DNA from: Myxococcota bacterium
Lineage (GTDB): Bacteria; Myxococcota_A; UBA9042; PHBI01; JAWLBL01
Reading direction: 5' to 3'
Assembly (NCBI GenBank): GCA_041687695.1
Contig: JAWLBL010000001.1
Coordinates: 32,001-96,000, forward strand
Length of the DNA stretch: 64,000 nt
Shown here: one piece after another, positions 9,435 through 18,982 of the stretch
How positions within the stretch are numbered: position 1 is the first letter of the stretch
How the letters are laid out: each line of letters opens with the position of its first letter
Made by a program: the position numbers and the translations under genes
The notes under the pieces: model-generated
What the model was told of the DNA's origin: nothing
What the model saw: the letters and a program-made list of their open reading frames with translations, nothing else
The model's database searches: none

Positions 9435-10349
9435 ATGACGCTGCTCTCGCTCGCGACGGCCCTGGCCCTGACGCTCCTCGGCGCTCCGCCGCCGGCCCCC
9501 GACCCCGCGCTCGGCCACGTCTCGGGCCTGCCGGTCACCGCCGGCGACCTCCGCGCCGCGCTCGGCGCCGCGCCGCCGACCCGCGCCAGCCTGGCCGCGG
9601 CCCTCGACCAGGTCATCGCGGAGCGCCTCCTCGCGGCCGAGGCCCACGCCCAGCTGGGCGAGCGCGCGCGCCAGCTGCCCCTGTCCGAAGCCGCGCGCCT
9701 GTTCGCCGCGCGGGTCTTCGACCCGGCCCAGCGGTGCGGCCACATCCCCGAGCCGTTGCGCCGCCAGCACTACGCCGAGACCGTCTGGCGGTTCGTCGCC
9801 CCGCCGGCCTACCGCGTGCAGGACCTCCAGCTGCTGTGCTGCAAGGACCCACGCCGGTGCGACACGCCCGAGGTGGGGGCCTGCCTAGACGCCACCGAGG
9901 CCGGGGCCCGGGCGCTGCGCGGCGAGCTGCCCGCGACCGCAGACCTGCCTGCGCTGCAGCGGGCCTTCGAGCGCCTCCGCGAGCGCCACGCCGAGCTGTA
10001 CCTGAAGACCTACACCTTCTACTACGACGCCGAGCGGCCCGAGGCCCCGGTCCACGCCCGCCTGCAGACCGTCGACGCGCCCGTCGCGCGCGCCGGCGCC
10101 GCCCTCGCCCCCGGCGAGCTCTCGCCCGTGGTCCGCACCCGCTTCGGCCACCACGTGCTGCGGCTCGACGCCGTCCGCCCCGGGATCGCCCTGCCCTTCG
10201 ACGACCCGCGCACCCAGGCGCTGCTGCGCACCGAGCTGTGCCCCGCCTACCTGCTCACGCTCCGCGAGCAGGTGGTCGCGGACCTCCGCGCCAACGCCGC
10301 CATCGACCTCGACAAGGACGCGCTGCGGGCCGCCTTCCCCGAGCTCTGA
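9435..10349 (+). CDS. Secreted parvulin/PpiC-like (SurA-like) protein, degenerate
   Basis: Signal peptide; LAPGELSPVVRTRFGHHVL parvulin C-terminus; SurA-like N/C helices. Confidence 0.72.
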   Translation: MTLLSLATALALTLLGAPPPAPDPALGHVSGLPVTAGDLRAALGAAPPTRASLAAALDQVIAERLLAAEAHAQLGERARQLPLSEAARLFAARVFDPAQRCGHIPEPLRRQHYAETVWRFVAPPAYRVQDLQLLCCKDPRRCDTPEVGACLDATEAGARALRGELPATADLPALQRAFERLRERHAELYLKTYTFYYDAERPEAPVHARLQTVDAPVARAGAALAPGELSPVVRTRFGHHVLRLDAVRPGIALPFDDPRTQALLRTELCPAYLLTLREQVVADLRANAAIDLDKDALRAAFPEL

Positions 10350-10358
10350 GGCGGCGAC

Positions 10359-11315
10359 TCACCAGGCGTCGACCTCGAGCAGGGCCCGCAGGCCCCAGCG
10401 CCCCTCGACACCGCCGAAGCTCGCGGGCACCCACGGCGACGCGTCGGGCTGCGGCGACCACAGCCAGGTGCCGTCGACGTCACCCGAGTCGTCCGAACCC
10501 AGCAGCGGCGGGCCGCCCCCCGGCTCGCACGGGCCCTGGTACACGAGGCCGAGGCGCCAGGGGCCGGCCGTGACCCACACGTCCTCGGCGAAGAGCATCA
10601 GCTGGGGGTCGTCGCTGGCCGTCAGCGGCTGCGCGGCGCCGGTCCACGTCGGCTCGTTCGGCCAGCCCTCCTCGGCGAGCAGCGGCCACACGGCCGGCGC
10701 GAAGTCCCCGCACGACTCCGGCTCGAAGCCGTTGCCGAGCACGAGCTGCAAGCCCATCAGCCGCCCGGGCAGGGGCAGCGCGAGCTCGGTCACCCAGCCG
10801 TCGCCGGGGCTCAGGCTCAGGACGCCGGCGCCCGGACTGGTCGCGGCCTGGTCGTCTCCGATGAGGAAGAGCCACTTGGTCGGGCCGGCGTCCGCGTCGG
10901 GGCCGGCGTCGGCCGGGGCGTCGGGTTGGACGTCGAGCGCGACGTCTCCGAGCCCGTCCAGGTCGGCGTCGAGCGATGCGCCGTCGTCCTGGGCGTCGTC
11001 CAGGGGGACGGAGCCGTCGGGGGCGGCGGCGTCGTTGGGCCAGGCGTCGAAGGCGAGCGCGTCGGGGCCGGGCGGCGGCGTCACGTGGCCGGGCCAGCCC
11101 CAGGGGCGGCACTGTCCGTCGAGGCAGACCAGCCCGGGCTCGCAGGCCACGGCGGGGCCGCACGCCGCGTCGCGTCCGGCCAGGGGCGGCGAGGCGTCCG
11201 GCCGGGCGGGCGCCGGGCCGTCTCCGCAGGCCGCGAACAGCGCCAGCACGGCGGCGGGGGCCGCGGCGGGACGCGGGGGACGACGCCGATGGCGTTGCAC
11301 GGAGGGCCTCGTCAC
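10359..11315 (-). CDS. Uncharacterised lipoprotein with Cys motif, acidic linker and beta domain
   Basis: LFAAC lipobox; CGPAVACEPGLVCLDGQC; DA-rich linker; GTGA overlap with upstream gene (start 11315 or 11300). Confidence 0.65.
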   Translation of the reverse strand: MTRPSVQRHRRRPPRPAAAPAAVLALFAACGDGPAPARPDASPPLAGRDAACGPAVACEPGLVCLDGQCRPWGWPGHVTPPPGPDALAFDAWPNDAAAPDGSVPLDDAQDDGASLDADLDGLGDVALDVQPDAPADAGPDADAGPTKWLFLIGDDQAATSPGAGVLSLSPGDGWVTELALPLPGRLMGLQLVLGNGFEPESCGDFAPAVWPLLAEEGWPNEPTWTGAAQPLTASDDPQLMLFAEDVWVTAGPWRLGLVYQGPCEPGGGPPLLGSDDSGDVDGTWLWSPQPDASPWVPASFGGVEGRWGLRALLEVDAW

Positions 11316-13006
11316 AGGCGCAGGAGGAGTCCCACGCCCAGGTCGTAGTCGGTGACGGTCTCGAAGCGCCGCTCGCCCGGGACCTCGCTCTGCGTGTTCA
11401 GGCGCCACTCGTTGGCGAGCCGGAAGCGGATGAAGAAGAGGTCCGCGACGGCGTAGCGGCCGCTGACCGCGAAGATGGTGTCGTTGGCGTCGAACAGGTC
11501 GTCGAAGCCGCCGAAGCCCAGGCGGCCGAAGAAGAGGTTGAGGCGGAGGCCGGCCAGCTCGGGGAACTGCAGGCGCATGAGCAGGTCGGCGTTGTTCGGC
11601 CCCTCGGCGTTGGCGAAGGTGACCGCGTAGCGCATCAGGCCCGACAGGCGGAACTCGGTCTCGGCGTACAGGCCGTTGCGGGCCTCGTCCAGGCCCTGCT
11701 CGCGCAGCCAGCGCAGCTTGGGGCCGTGGTCGCGGTACTGGACGCGCTGGATCTCGTAGAAGGGAGAGACGTAGCCGGGCTCGTACCCGGGGCCCATCGC
11801 GCGGAACTCGAGGCGGCTGCGCAGCTCGGCGAGCGGCGAGAAGCGGACGTTGAAGAAGGTGCCGGCGTGCAGGCCCACGCCCTCGAAGTCGACCGTGGCC
11901 ACGTCGATGTACGGCACCAGATCGACGCGCTCGTTGCTGACGACGGGCATCTCGACGTCGGCCGAGAACAGGCCCATCACGCTGGTGTCGCGGACGATCG
12001 GGTGGAAGTCCTCGTCGATGCGGACCTGGTCGTGCTCGTCCAGCTCCATGGCCACCGGCGCCGCGAAGTCGCCCCCGATGGACAGGCCGAACTTGACCAT
12101 GCGCAGGGCCCACGGCAGGTCCTGCTTGACGAAGGGCCGGGTGAAGGGGCGCGCGAGCAGCAGGTTCGGGTCGAGCAGGTTGTCGACCATCGCCTCGACG
12201 CCGACGATCTCACCGTCCCACTGCCCGTAGAGCCCGCCCTGGTAGCGGTCGATGTCGACGGTGTTGAAGTACCGATGGACCAGCGAGCCGTGGCCCATCG
12301 AGACGCCGTTGAGCTCGCCGTAGCGGAAAAACAGCGGGTCACCGACGACGCCGTACTGCACGAAGGCCAGCACGCGCGCCCAGTCGCTGACCTCGTCCCA
12401 GTCCTCGCGTCGCACGAAGGAGTCGTCGTCCACCCGCGCGCCGTCGTCGTCGTAGCGGGGCTCGTCCCAGACCCGGATGCGCAGCGGCAGGCGCGGCGCG
12501 ATCTGCCAGCGGTCGGACACGATGACCGTGCCCAGGTTCAGCATGACGAAGTGGTCCTCGCCGATCTTGCCGAACCCGATCTGCGCCGCGCCGCGGCCGA
12601 CCGCGCCCTCGCCCACCTGGATGAGGTCGGCGTCGATGTGGGGCACCGTGGGCCGCTCGCCCCGCCCGCGCAGGGGCAAGACCGGCTCGAGCCGCTCCTG
12701 CCCGTCGTCGACGGCCTCGCCCGTGCGCGCGTCCGTGGGCCGCGGATCGTCGCTCAGCGGCTCCATCGGCGCGGTGGGTGTCCCATGGTCGCGCTTGGGC
12801 TCCGGCGCGTCGTCCTCGGACGGCGGCTCGACCGCGTGGTCCTCGGGGTCCGGCTCGACGTCCGGGTCCTCGTTCGGCTCGACGTCCTCGGGATCGACGT
12901 CGGGGTCGAAGTCCTCGTCGGCCCAGGCGGGTCCCCCGGCGAGCGGCGACGGGACCGCGACCGACAGGACCCACGCGAGGCCGGCGCGCGCGAGGAATCC
13001 CCTCAT
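11312..13006 (-). CDS. Putative outer-membrane beta-barrel protein with acidic N-terminal extension
   Basis: Signal peptide, D/E/P-rich N-terminus, alternating amphipathic strands, C-terminal YDLGVGLLLRL beta-signal-like end. Confidence 0.65.
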   Translation of the reverse strand: MRGFLARAGLAWVLSVAVPSPLAGGPAWADEDFDPDVDPEDVEPNEDPDVEPDPEDHAVEPPSEDDAPEPKRDHGTPTAPMEPLSDDPRPTDARTGEAVDDGQERLEPVLPLRGRGERPTVPHIDADLIQVGEGAVGRGAAQIGFGKIGEDHFVMLNLGTVIVSDRWQIAPRLPLRIRVWDEPRYDDDGARVDDDSFVRREDWDEVSDWARVLAFVQYGVVGDPLFFRYGELNGVSMGHGSLVHRYFNTVDIDRYQGGLYGQWDGEIVGVEAMVDNLLDPNLLLARPFTRPFVKQDLPWALRMVKFGLSIGGDFAAPVAMELDEHDQVRIDEDFHPIVRDTSVMGLFSADVEMPVVSNERVDLVPYIDVATVDFEGVGLHAGTFFNVRFSPLAELRSRLEFRAMGPGYEPGYVSPFYEIQRVQYRDHGPKLRWLREQGLDEARNGLYAETEFRLSGLMRYAVTFANAEGPNNADLLMRLQFPELAGLRLNLFFGRLGFGGFDDLFDANDTIFAVSGRYAVADLFFIRFRLANEWRLNTQSEVPGERRFETVTDYDLGVGLLLRL

Positions 13007-13072
13007 GTCTCGCCTCGTTGCATGCCTACTTTCATCCTTGCTCCGGCCCTACGGGTCAAGTAACTCTCTGCC

Positions 13073-13756
13073 ATGCGCGTGACCGAGCTGTTCCTGAGCG
13101 TCCAAGGTGAAGGCGTCGACGCCGGCCGCCTGTGCACCTTCATGCGGTTCACCGCGTGCAACGTCCGCTGCGGCTACTGCGACACGCCGTACTCGTTCCA
13201 GGGCGGCGAGGACCGCACCATCGACGAGCTGGTCGCCGAGGCCGAGGCCCACGGCGCCCCGATGGTCTGCCTGACCGGCGGCGAGCCGATGCTGCAGCGG
13301 GACATCGTGCCGCTGATGGAGCGCCTGCTCGAGCGCGGCTTCCACGTCGCCCTCGAGACCAACGGCGTCATCCCGCTCGCCAAGGTGCCGCGCGCCATCG
13401 TCAAGGTGATGGACGTCAAGACGCCCGGCGCCTTCCGCCGCCCGGACAGCCCGCCGGACTTCGCGAGCAGCGAGGCCTTCCGGCGCATGCACCTGCACTA
13501 CCCCAACCTCGAGACCCTGACCCCGAACGACCAGGTGAAGTTCGTGCTGTGCGACCGCGAGGACTACGAGTGGGCGCGCGCCTTCATGGCCGACCACCGC
13601 CTGGCCGACCGCGTCGCCCACGTCCTGCTGTCGCCCAGTCACGGACAGCTCGACCCGCGCGATCTCGTCGCCTGGATGAAGGAGGACCGGGTCCCGGCGC
13701 GCCTGAACCTGCAGGCGCACAAGTACATCTGGGGCGCCGACGTCAGCGGGGTCTGA
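13073..13756 (+). CDS. queE: 7-carboxy-7-deazaguanine synthase (radical SAM)
   Basis: ELFLSVQGEG..G..CTFMRFTACNVRCGYCDT, LTGGEPMLQ, LETNG, QAHKYIW. Confidence 0.92.
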   Translation: MRVTELFLSVQGEGVDAGRLCTFMRFTACNVRCGYCDTPYSFQGGEDRTIDELVAEAEAHGAPMVCLTGGEPMLQRDIVPLMERLLERGFHVALETNGVIPLAKVPRAIVKVMDVKTPGAFRRPDSPPDFASSEAFRRMHLHYPNLETLTPNDQVKFVLCDREDYEWARAFMADHRLADRVAHVLLSPSHGQLDPRDLVAWMKEDRVPARLNLQAHKYIWGADVSGV

Positions 13757-13781
13757 GCCCGGGCCGCAGCGCGAGCCGCAA

Positions 13782-15275
13782 TCAGTACGTGCTCTTGCGC
13801 GGCAGCGAAGACGGCAGGGGCGCGGCCTTCTCGCTGGCCCCCTCGTCGGCGGCCCCCTTCTTCGCCGCGGCCTTCCGCTTGGCCATCTCGGACGCCGCCT
13901 TCTCGGCCGCCGCCTTCTCGGCCGCGACCTTCTCGGCCTTGGCGACCTCGTCCAGCTTCTTCTTGGCGTCCTTCTCGTAGCCCGGCAGCGCCGCCAGCTT
14001 CTGCAGCGCCTCGCGCGCCTTGGCGTAGTCGCCCTTGGCCAGGTGATCCTCCGCCGCCTTGCCGAGGCGCGCGGCTTCGGTCGCCGGCGCCTCGGGCTTG
14101 GCCTCCTCGGCCTCGGCCTTCTTGGGCGCCGGGGCGTCGGCCCGCGAGGCCTCCGCCACCTGCTCGGCCTTGCTCGACGCCGTCTTCGCGTCGGGCTCCG
14201 GCCGCGCCGGCGCCGGGGCCGAGGGCGGCGGACCCGCGTCGTTGTCGGCCAGCTGGACCTTCGGCGAGACCTTGGGCGCGGCCGCGCCCCGCTCGCGGGC
14301 CGCTCCTTCAGGCTCGCTGGCGGGCTCGTTGGCCGCCTCGTCGGCCAGGGCGACCTGGTCGTCCCACGCGTCGGAGGGGACGTTCAACGTCTTCTTGCCG
14401 GCCCTCAGCTCGGCCACGTCGAGCTCGCGGCGGTCCTTGGCGGCCTGCTGCTCGGCCGGCTTGGCCTTCGCCGCGCCGGTCCTCGCCGCCCGCGTCCCCA
14501 CGTCCTTCTTGGCCCGCGGCCGCGCCCGCTCCTCCCAGACCTCGGCAGCGGCCACCTCGGCCTCGGCCGCCTGCTTGGCCTGGTCGGCCGCGAAGCCGGC
14601 CTGGGCGTTGGCGCGCTCGGCCTCCGCGGCGCGGGCCACCAGCTCCTCGTGCGCGCGGGCCCGCTCGGTGTCCAGCCCCGCCACCATGGTCTCGCCGGGG
14701 ACGGCGGGGGCTTCGGCCTCGGGTTCGACCGCGGCCTTGTCGGCCACCGACGTCGGCTCGGCCGCGACGGGCGCCGCCGCGGGCCGTGCCGTCGCTTCGC
14801 TCACCACCGGCGGGCTGACGGCCACGTGGGGCGCGACGGGCCCTTGCCGCGTGTCCCCGCGCAGCCCGGCCCACACGCCGACCACCAGGACGGCCGCGAC
14901 CGCGGTCGCGAACGCCGGCTGCGCCATCAGGGCCAGCAGCCGCTGCCACCACGAGGGCCTGGAGGCCGCGGCGTCGGCCTGACCCCGAGCCTGCGCCGCC
15001 TCGGGCGCCTGGGCCGTCTGTCGGGCCGCCGCGTCGGCCGCCTCGCGCGCCGCCGCCATGACCACGTCCTCGAGCCGCGCCATCGCCGCCGGAGGCAGCG
15101 TCGCCTCGGGCAGGCTGGCCGCCACGCGCCGCGTCATGCGGTGCGCCGCCACCTCGGCCTCGAGCTCGGGGTGCTCGTCCAGCGCCTGCTCGAAGCGGAG
15201 GCGCTGCTCGTCCGAGAGCTCGTCGTAGAGGTAGTCGACGAGCAGCTCGTCGAGTTCTGGGCGGGTCAGCTTCAC
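13782..15275 (-). CDS. Anti-sigma factor (degenerate zf-HC2-like N-terminus, one TM helix, long low-complexity periplasmic tail)
   Basis: LLVDYLYDELS....RFEQAL anti-sigma N-terminus; TM AFATAVAAVLVVGVWA; directly downstream of ECF sigma. Confidence 0.8.
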   Translation of the reverse strand: MKLTRPELDELLVDYLYDELSDEQRLRFEQALDEHPELEAEVAAHRMTRRVAASLPEATLPPAAMARLEDVVMAAAREAADAAARQTAQAPEAAQARGQADAAASRPSWWQRLLALMAQPAFATAVAAVLVVGVWAGLRGDTRQGPVAPHVAVSPPVVSEATARPAAAPVAAEPTSVADKAAVEPEAEAPAVPGETMVAGLDTERARAHEELVARAAEAERANAQAGFAADQAKQAAEAEVAAAEVWEERARPRAKKDVGTRAARTGAAKAKPAEQQAAKDRRELDVAELRAGKKTLNVPSDAWDDQVALADEAANEPASEPEGAARERGAAAPKVSPKVQLADNDAGPPPSAPAPARPEPDAKTASSKAEQVAEASRADAPAPKKAEAEEAKPEAPATEAARLGKAAEDHLAKGDYAKAREALQKLAALPGYEKDAKKKLDEVAKAEKVAAEKAAAEKAASEMAKRKAAAKKGAADEGASEKAAPLPSSLPRKSTY

Positions 15276-15392
15276 GGCTTCACTATACCGGCTCGTGCTC
15301 GTGCAACGTGAGAGTCGTTCCTTCTGTGCCCGCGGCCACCTGGCCGCGCGCGTCCGTGGGTTCCGTCGTGGGGTGGCGCCCGGCGGCGCCGC

Positions 15393-15989
15393 TCAGTTCA
15401 GGGTCTCGGCGAAGCTCGCCAGGTGCAGGCGCAGCGCCTCGAGGGCGTAACGCATGCGGCTCTTCACGGTGTTCTCGGGGATGCCGACGATGTCCGCGAT
15501 CTCTCGGAACTTCAGCCCGTCCACCTCGCGCATCACGAAGACCTCGCGCTGCTCGTCGGGCAGCCGGGTCAGCGCGTCTTCCAGCGCGACGCGGAAGCGG
15601 TGGTCACGGGTCTGCACGTCCTGCCCGGGGCGCGTGTCGGCCACCCGGTCGAGCAGCGTCGCGCCGCCGTCGTCGTCTCGGGACAGCGGCGCGTCGAGCG
15701 GGACGGTCTTGCGGAACTTGCCGCGGCGGCGGGCGTCGATGCACATGTTGCGGGCGATCGTATAGAGCCACGTCGTGAACTTGGACTGTCCCTGGAACGT
15801 CGCGGCGCTGCGCACGACGCGCAGCATGACCTCCTGGAGCAGATCCTCGGCCACTTGTGGGTCCCCCATGGTGCGCAGGATGAAGTTGTAGATCTTCTGG
15901 CCGTGGCGGCTCAGCAGCGTCTGGAAGGCGCTCGCGTCGCCCGCCAAGTACCGCTTCATCAGATCTTCGTCGCTCAGGTCCTCGTGCAC
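15393..15989 (-). CDS. ECF RNA polymerase sigma factor (sigma-70 family)
   Basis: SDEDLM...GDASAF, AEDLLQEV, SKFTTWLYTIARN, LPDEQREVFVMRE..GLKFREIA..PENTVKSR. GTG 15989 has GGAGG SD; ATG 16031 is an alternative. Confidence 0.93.
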   Translation of the reverse strand: MHEDLSDEDLMKRYLAGDASAFQTLLSRHGQKIYNFILRTMGDPQVAEDLLQEVMLRVVRSAATFQGQSKFTTWLYTIARNMCIDARRRGKFRKTVPLDAPLSRDDDGGATLLDRVADTRPGQDVQTRDHRFRVALEDALTRLPDEQREVFVMREVDGLKFREIADIVGIPENTVKSRMRYALEALRLHLASFAETLN

Positions 15990-16226
15990 GGGCTCAGACC
16001 CTCCGCTCCCATGCCGTGACCATGGCGCCATGAGACGCGTGGCCGCGGCGATCGATCTGAGCCGGGTCGGCCGAGAGCGACGATTGCAGGACGGGGGCGC
16101 GCGCGGAGCGCCGGCTGGGGGGTGAGGTGGCGTCCATACCGGGCGCGGAGCATAGCAGGACGGGCGCCGCTTGTCTTGCGGCGGAGGGCCCAGATAAACG
16201 CAATGATTCCAAAACCTTGCGTCTAC

Positions 16227-16889
16227 CTAGTTGATCCAGGGCGCCTCGTCGCCCGCCGCCTGCTCGGTCGCGATGAGGGCGCGCGAGAGCCGGTCGACGA
16301 GCAGCTCGCAGCGCGCGAGCGGCGAGCGCATCTCGAGGGTCCGCTGGCGCTCGAGCGCGTCGTCGAGCACGACCGACGCCAGCCGATGGCTGAGCACGGC
16401 CGGGTCGCTGGTCGAGGCCAGGACGCGCGCCATGGCCTCGCCGCCGTCGCCGCGGGCGCGCATCAGGCCGGCCGAGACCGAGACCAGGCGCCGGTAGGCG
16501 GCCTCGAGGGGCGCGGCGTCGTCGCTGTCCGGCAGGTCCTCGAGCGGCGCCACGTCGGCCATCGCGTACTCGGCGTCATCGATGTGGCGCAGGATGCGGA
16601 CCCGTCCGATGCAGTGCACGAAGATGTTGTAGCGCCCGTCGTGGAACCGGCGGTCCGACAGCACGCGGCCGAGGCCGGCCACCTCGTGCACCGGCGGCAT
16701 CGGCCCCGAGCGCCAGCCCGGCCGCAGCCCGGCGACGATCAGCAGCCGGCGCCCGACCAGGCAGTCGTCCAGCATCGCCCGGTAGCGCGCCTCGAAGACG
16801 TGGAACGGCACGAGCGTGTGCGGGAAGAGCACCACCTCGGGCAGCGCGAACACCGGCAGCCGGCGTAGCGAGTCGGGGGCCTCTTGCAT
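16227..16889 (-). CDS. LON peptidase substrate-binding domain protein (no protease domain)
   Basis: LPVFALPEVVLFPHTLVPFHVFEARYRAML, DGRYNI...GR.RI. Confidence 0.88.
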   Translation of the reverse strand: MQEAPDSLRRLPVFALPEVVLFPHTLVPFHVFEARYRAMLDDCLVGRRLLIVAGLRPGWRSGPMPPVHEVAGLGRVLSDRRFHDGRYNIFVHCIGRVRILRHIDDAEYAMADVAPLEDLPDSDDAAPLEAAYRRLVSVSAGLMRARGDGGEAMARVLASTSDPAVLSHRLASVVLDDALERQRTLEMRSPLARCELLVDRLSRALIATEQAAGDEAPWIN

Positions 16890-17000
16890 GCGCGCTCCGG
16901 TCGGTCGTCGTCCGGCCCGCATCGTCGCGACAATCGGCCGCCGGTCAAAAAAACCTGCCGAACCCGCTGGTTTCGCGGTCCGGGGCGGCGGCGGCGCGGC

Positions 17001-17486
17001 CTACTTGGGGCAGGCGACCAGATCGTAGGCCGAGCGGGCGCGGGTGATGCACTCGACCGAGGCCTTGGTGCCGACCTCGCGGCAGCGCTTGGGGCAGTCC
17101 TCGCGCAGGACGCGCTCGACCTCGGCCCGCATCTCGGGCTTGGCGTCGGGGGGCAGCTCGCGCATGGTGATGGTGAGCGCGTTGTCGCAGGCGGCCTTGC
17201 ACTCCTCTTCGCCGACCTGCGGCGGCGCGGCCGGCGGCGGTGCCTCGGCCACGTGGCCCGCGTCGGCCTCTTCGGTCGAGGGCGCGCCGGCGTCCGACTC
17301 GGCGGGCGGCGGCGTGGCGGACGCGGCGTCGGCGGAGGCCTGGGGCGTGGTCTGCGGCGGCACGGCCGCGGACGGCGTGGCGTCGGCCGACGGCTCGGCG
17401 CGTCCGCACCCGAAGGCGAGCGCGGTCGACAGGGCCGCGGCGGCCAGGGTCTTCAGTAGCGTGGCGTGTCGCCCGGACGTGCGCAT
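17001..17486 (-). CDS. Six-Cys lipoprotein, paralog A
   Basis: LAFGC lipobox; A/P linker; CX3C...CX3C-X10-C-X12-C. Confidence 0.75.
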   Translation of the reverse strand: MRTSGRHATLLKTLAAAALSTALAFGCGRAEPSADATPSAAVPPQTTPQASADAASATPPPAESDAGAPSTEEADAGHVAEAPPPAAPPQVGEEECKAACDNALTITMRELPPDAKPEMRAEVERVLREDCPKRCREVGTKASVECITRARSAYDLVACPK

Positions 17487-17521
17487 GGTGCCTCTCGGGT
17501 CGCGTGCGGCGGCGTGGGCGG

Positions 17522-17857
17522 TCAGTTGCAGGTCTTGATGTCCGCGACGGTCTTGGCGGCGGCGAGGCACTGGGCCTGCTTCTTGGTGCCCTTCTGGCGG
17601 CACTCCTCCTCGCACTCCTCCTGCAGCCCGGCGGCCATCTGGCTGGCCAGGTTGCCGGCGAGCTCCTTGCCGCCCTCGCCCGCCTCCTTCAGCTCGGGGT
17701 CGGTCTGCAGCTGCGTGTTCACCTCGCCGACCGCGACCTTGCCGACGTTCTCGCACGCCGCGCGGCACTCCTCCTCGGACGCCTTGGAGGCGCAGCCAGC
17801 AAACGTGGAGCCGGTGACGAGCAGGGCGGCGGCGAGGGTGAGGACGTCGAGACGCAT
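17522..17857 (-). CDS. Six-Cys lipoprotein, paralog B
   Basis: TFAGC lipobox; same Cys spacing as neighbour; GGAGG SD. Confidence 0.78.
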   Translation of the reverse strand: MRLDVLTLAAALLVTGSTFAGCASKASEEECRAACENVGKVAVGEVNTQLQTDPELKEAGEGGKELAGNLASQMAAGLQEECEEECRQKGTKKQAQCLAAAKTVADIKTCN

Positions 17858-18073
17858 GCGGAGACCTCCGGACCGGGCGGCGAGGCGGGGCTGCGAGCGC
17901 CCCGCGCGTGCGAGGGCCGCGACGCGCCGACCCGGGTGGGGCGGAAACGACGCGGACCGTCGGTTTGGCGCTATAGTTCGCCGCAAGGTCGCTGCCATGT
18001 CAATGAAGGTAGACCGGCGAGGCGCGCGAGCCGCCTCCTTCCCGACGACGTCCCCCCGGAGGAGACAGCCCCG

Positions 18074-18937
18074 ATGAAGGTCCCCTTTCTTGCCCGCGCC
18101 GCTCGCGCCCGCCTCCTGCACGCCCTCGCGCTCGCCCTGTCGATGGGGTTCATCGCCTCGGCTTGCGGGGGCCCCCGCCCCGGCACCAGCGCGTGGGAGC
18201 AATCGGTCCGCGCCCAATCGACCGACGTGACGCTGGTGAACCGCACCCGCGACACGCTGGAGATCCGCGTGACCCGCGACGGCAAGACCGAAACGTTCGG
18301 GTCGGTGGCGCCGCTGTCGCGCATGGCCCTGACGCGCCTCGCTCCTGGGCCCGTGGTCATCGAGCTGGCGACCTTCGATGGGCAGGTGCTGCATCGCCAC
18401 GCCGTCGAGCTGGTCGGCGGCCGGCCCGTCACCCTCGATCTCGAGGCCCCGATCGCCACGCTCGAGGTCGTCAACCCGCTCGACGTCGACGTGGACGTCC
18501 TGGTCGACGGCCGGCGCGTCGGGCGCGTCTCGCGCGGCCAGACCTCCCGCTTCGACGCGCTGCCCGCCGGACGGCGCGTCCTGGTCGCCCGCGCCGTGGT
18601 CGGGCCGCTGGCCATCCAGCAGCCGCAGGTGCTCGAGCCGGGGCAGACCTTCGTGTGGCGCCTGCCCCAGCCCGAGGCCGAGGTCGGCCCCGCGGGCGGG
18701 CCGACGGCCCCGCCCGGGATGGCGCTGCTGGTCTTCACCAACCAGGGATCGTCCGAGATCGAGCTGGTGGTCGACGAGCAGGTCCACGGGCGCGTCGCGC
18801 CTGGTCAGGCGACGCAGGTGCCGCTGACGCCGGGCGCCCACCGGGTCTACGCGCGCATCCCGGGCACGCAGATCCGCACCGAGCAGTCGCTGACCGTGAC
18901 GAGCGGCCAGGTGGCGCGCTGGGAGTACGGGCGCTGA
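18074..18937 (+). CDS. Lipoprotein with three PEGA-like beta-sandwich repeats
   Basis: IASAC lipobox; three repeats of L..N.....V.VDG...G.V.PG......L.PG; GGAGG SD. Confidence 0.75.
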   Translation: MKVPFLARAARARLLHALALALSMGFIASACGGPRPGTSAWEQSVRAQSTDVTLVNRTRDTLEIRVTRDGKTETFGSVAPLSRMALTRLAPGPVVIELATFDGQVLHRHAVELVGGRPVTLDLEAPIATLEVVNPLDVDVDVLVDGRRVGRVSRGQTSRFDALPAGRRVLVARAVVGPLAIQQPQVLEPGQTFVWRLPQPEAEVGPAGGPTAPPGMALLVFTNQGSSEIELVVDEQVHGRVAPGQATQVPLTPGAHRVYARIPGTQIRTEQSLTVTSGQVARWEYGR

Positions 18938-18982
18938 CAGCGAGCGCGGGCCGTCGTATGCTGGCGGTCTGAGGAGGGGCCG

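Noticed and set aside
13073..13756. queE as part of a deazaguanine DNA-modification island
   Set aside because: No dpd or other que genes nearby; scattered housekeeping queE is common.
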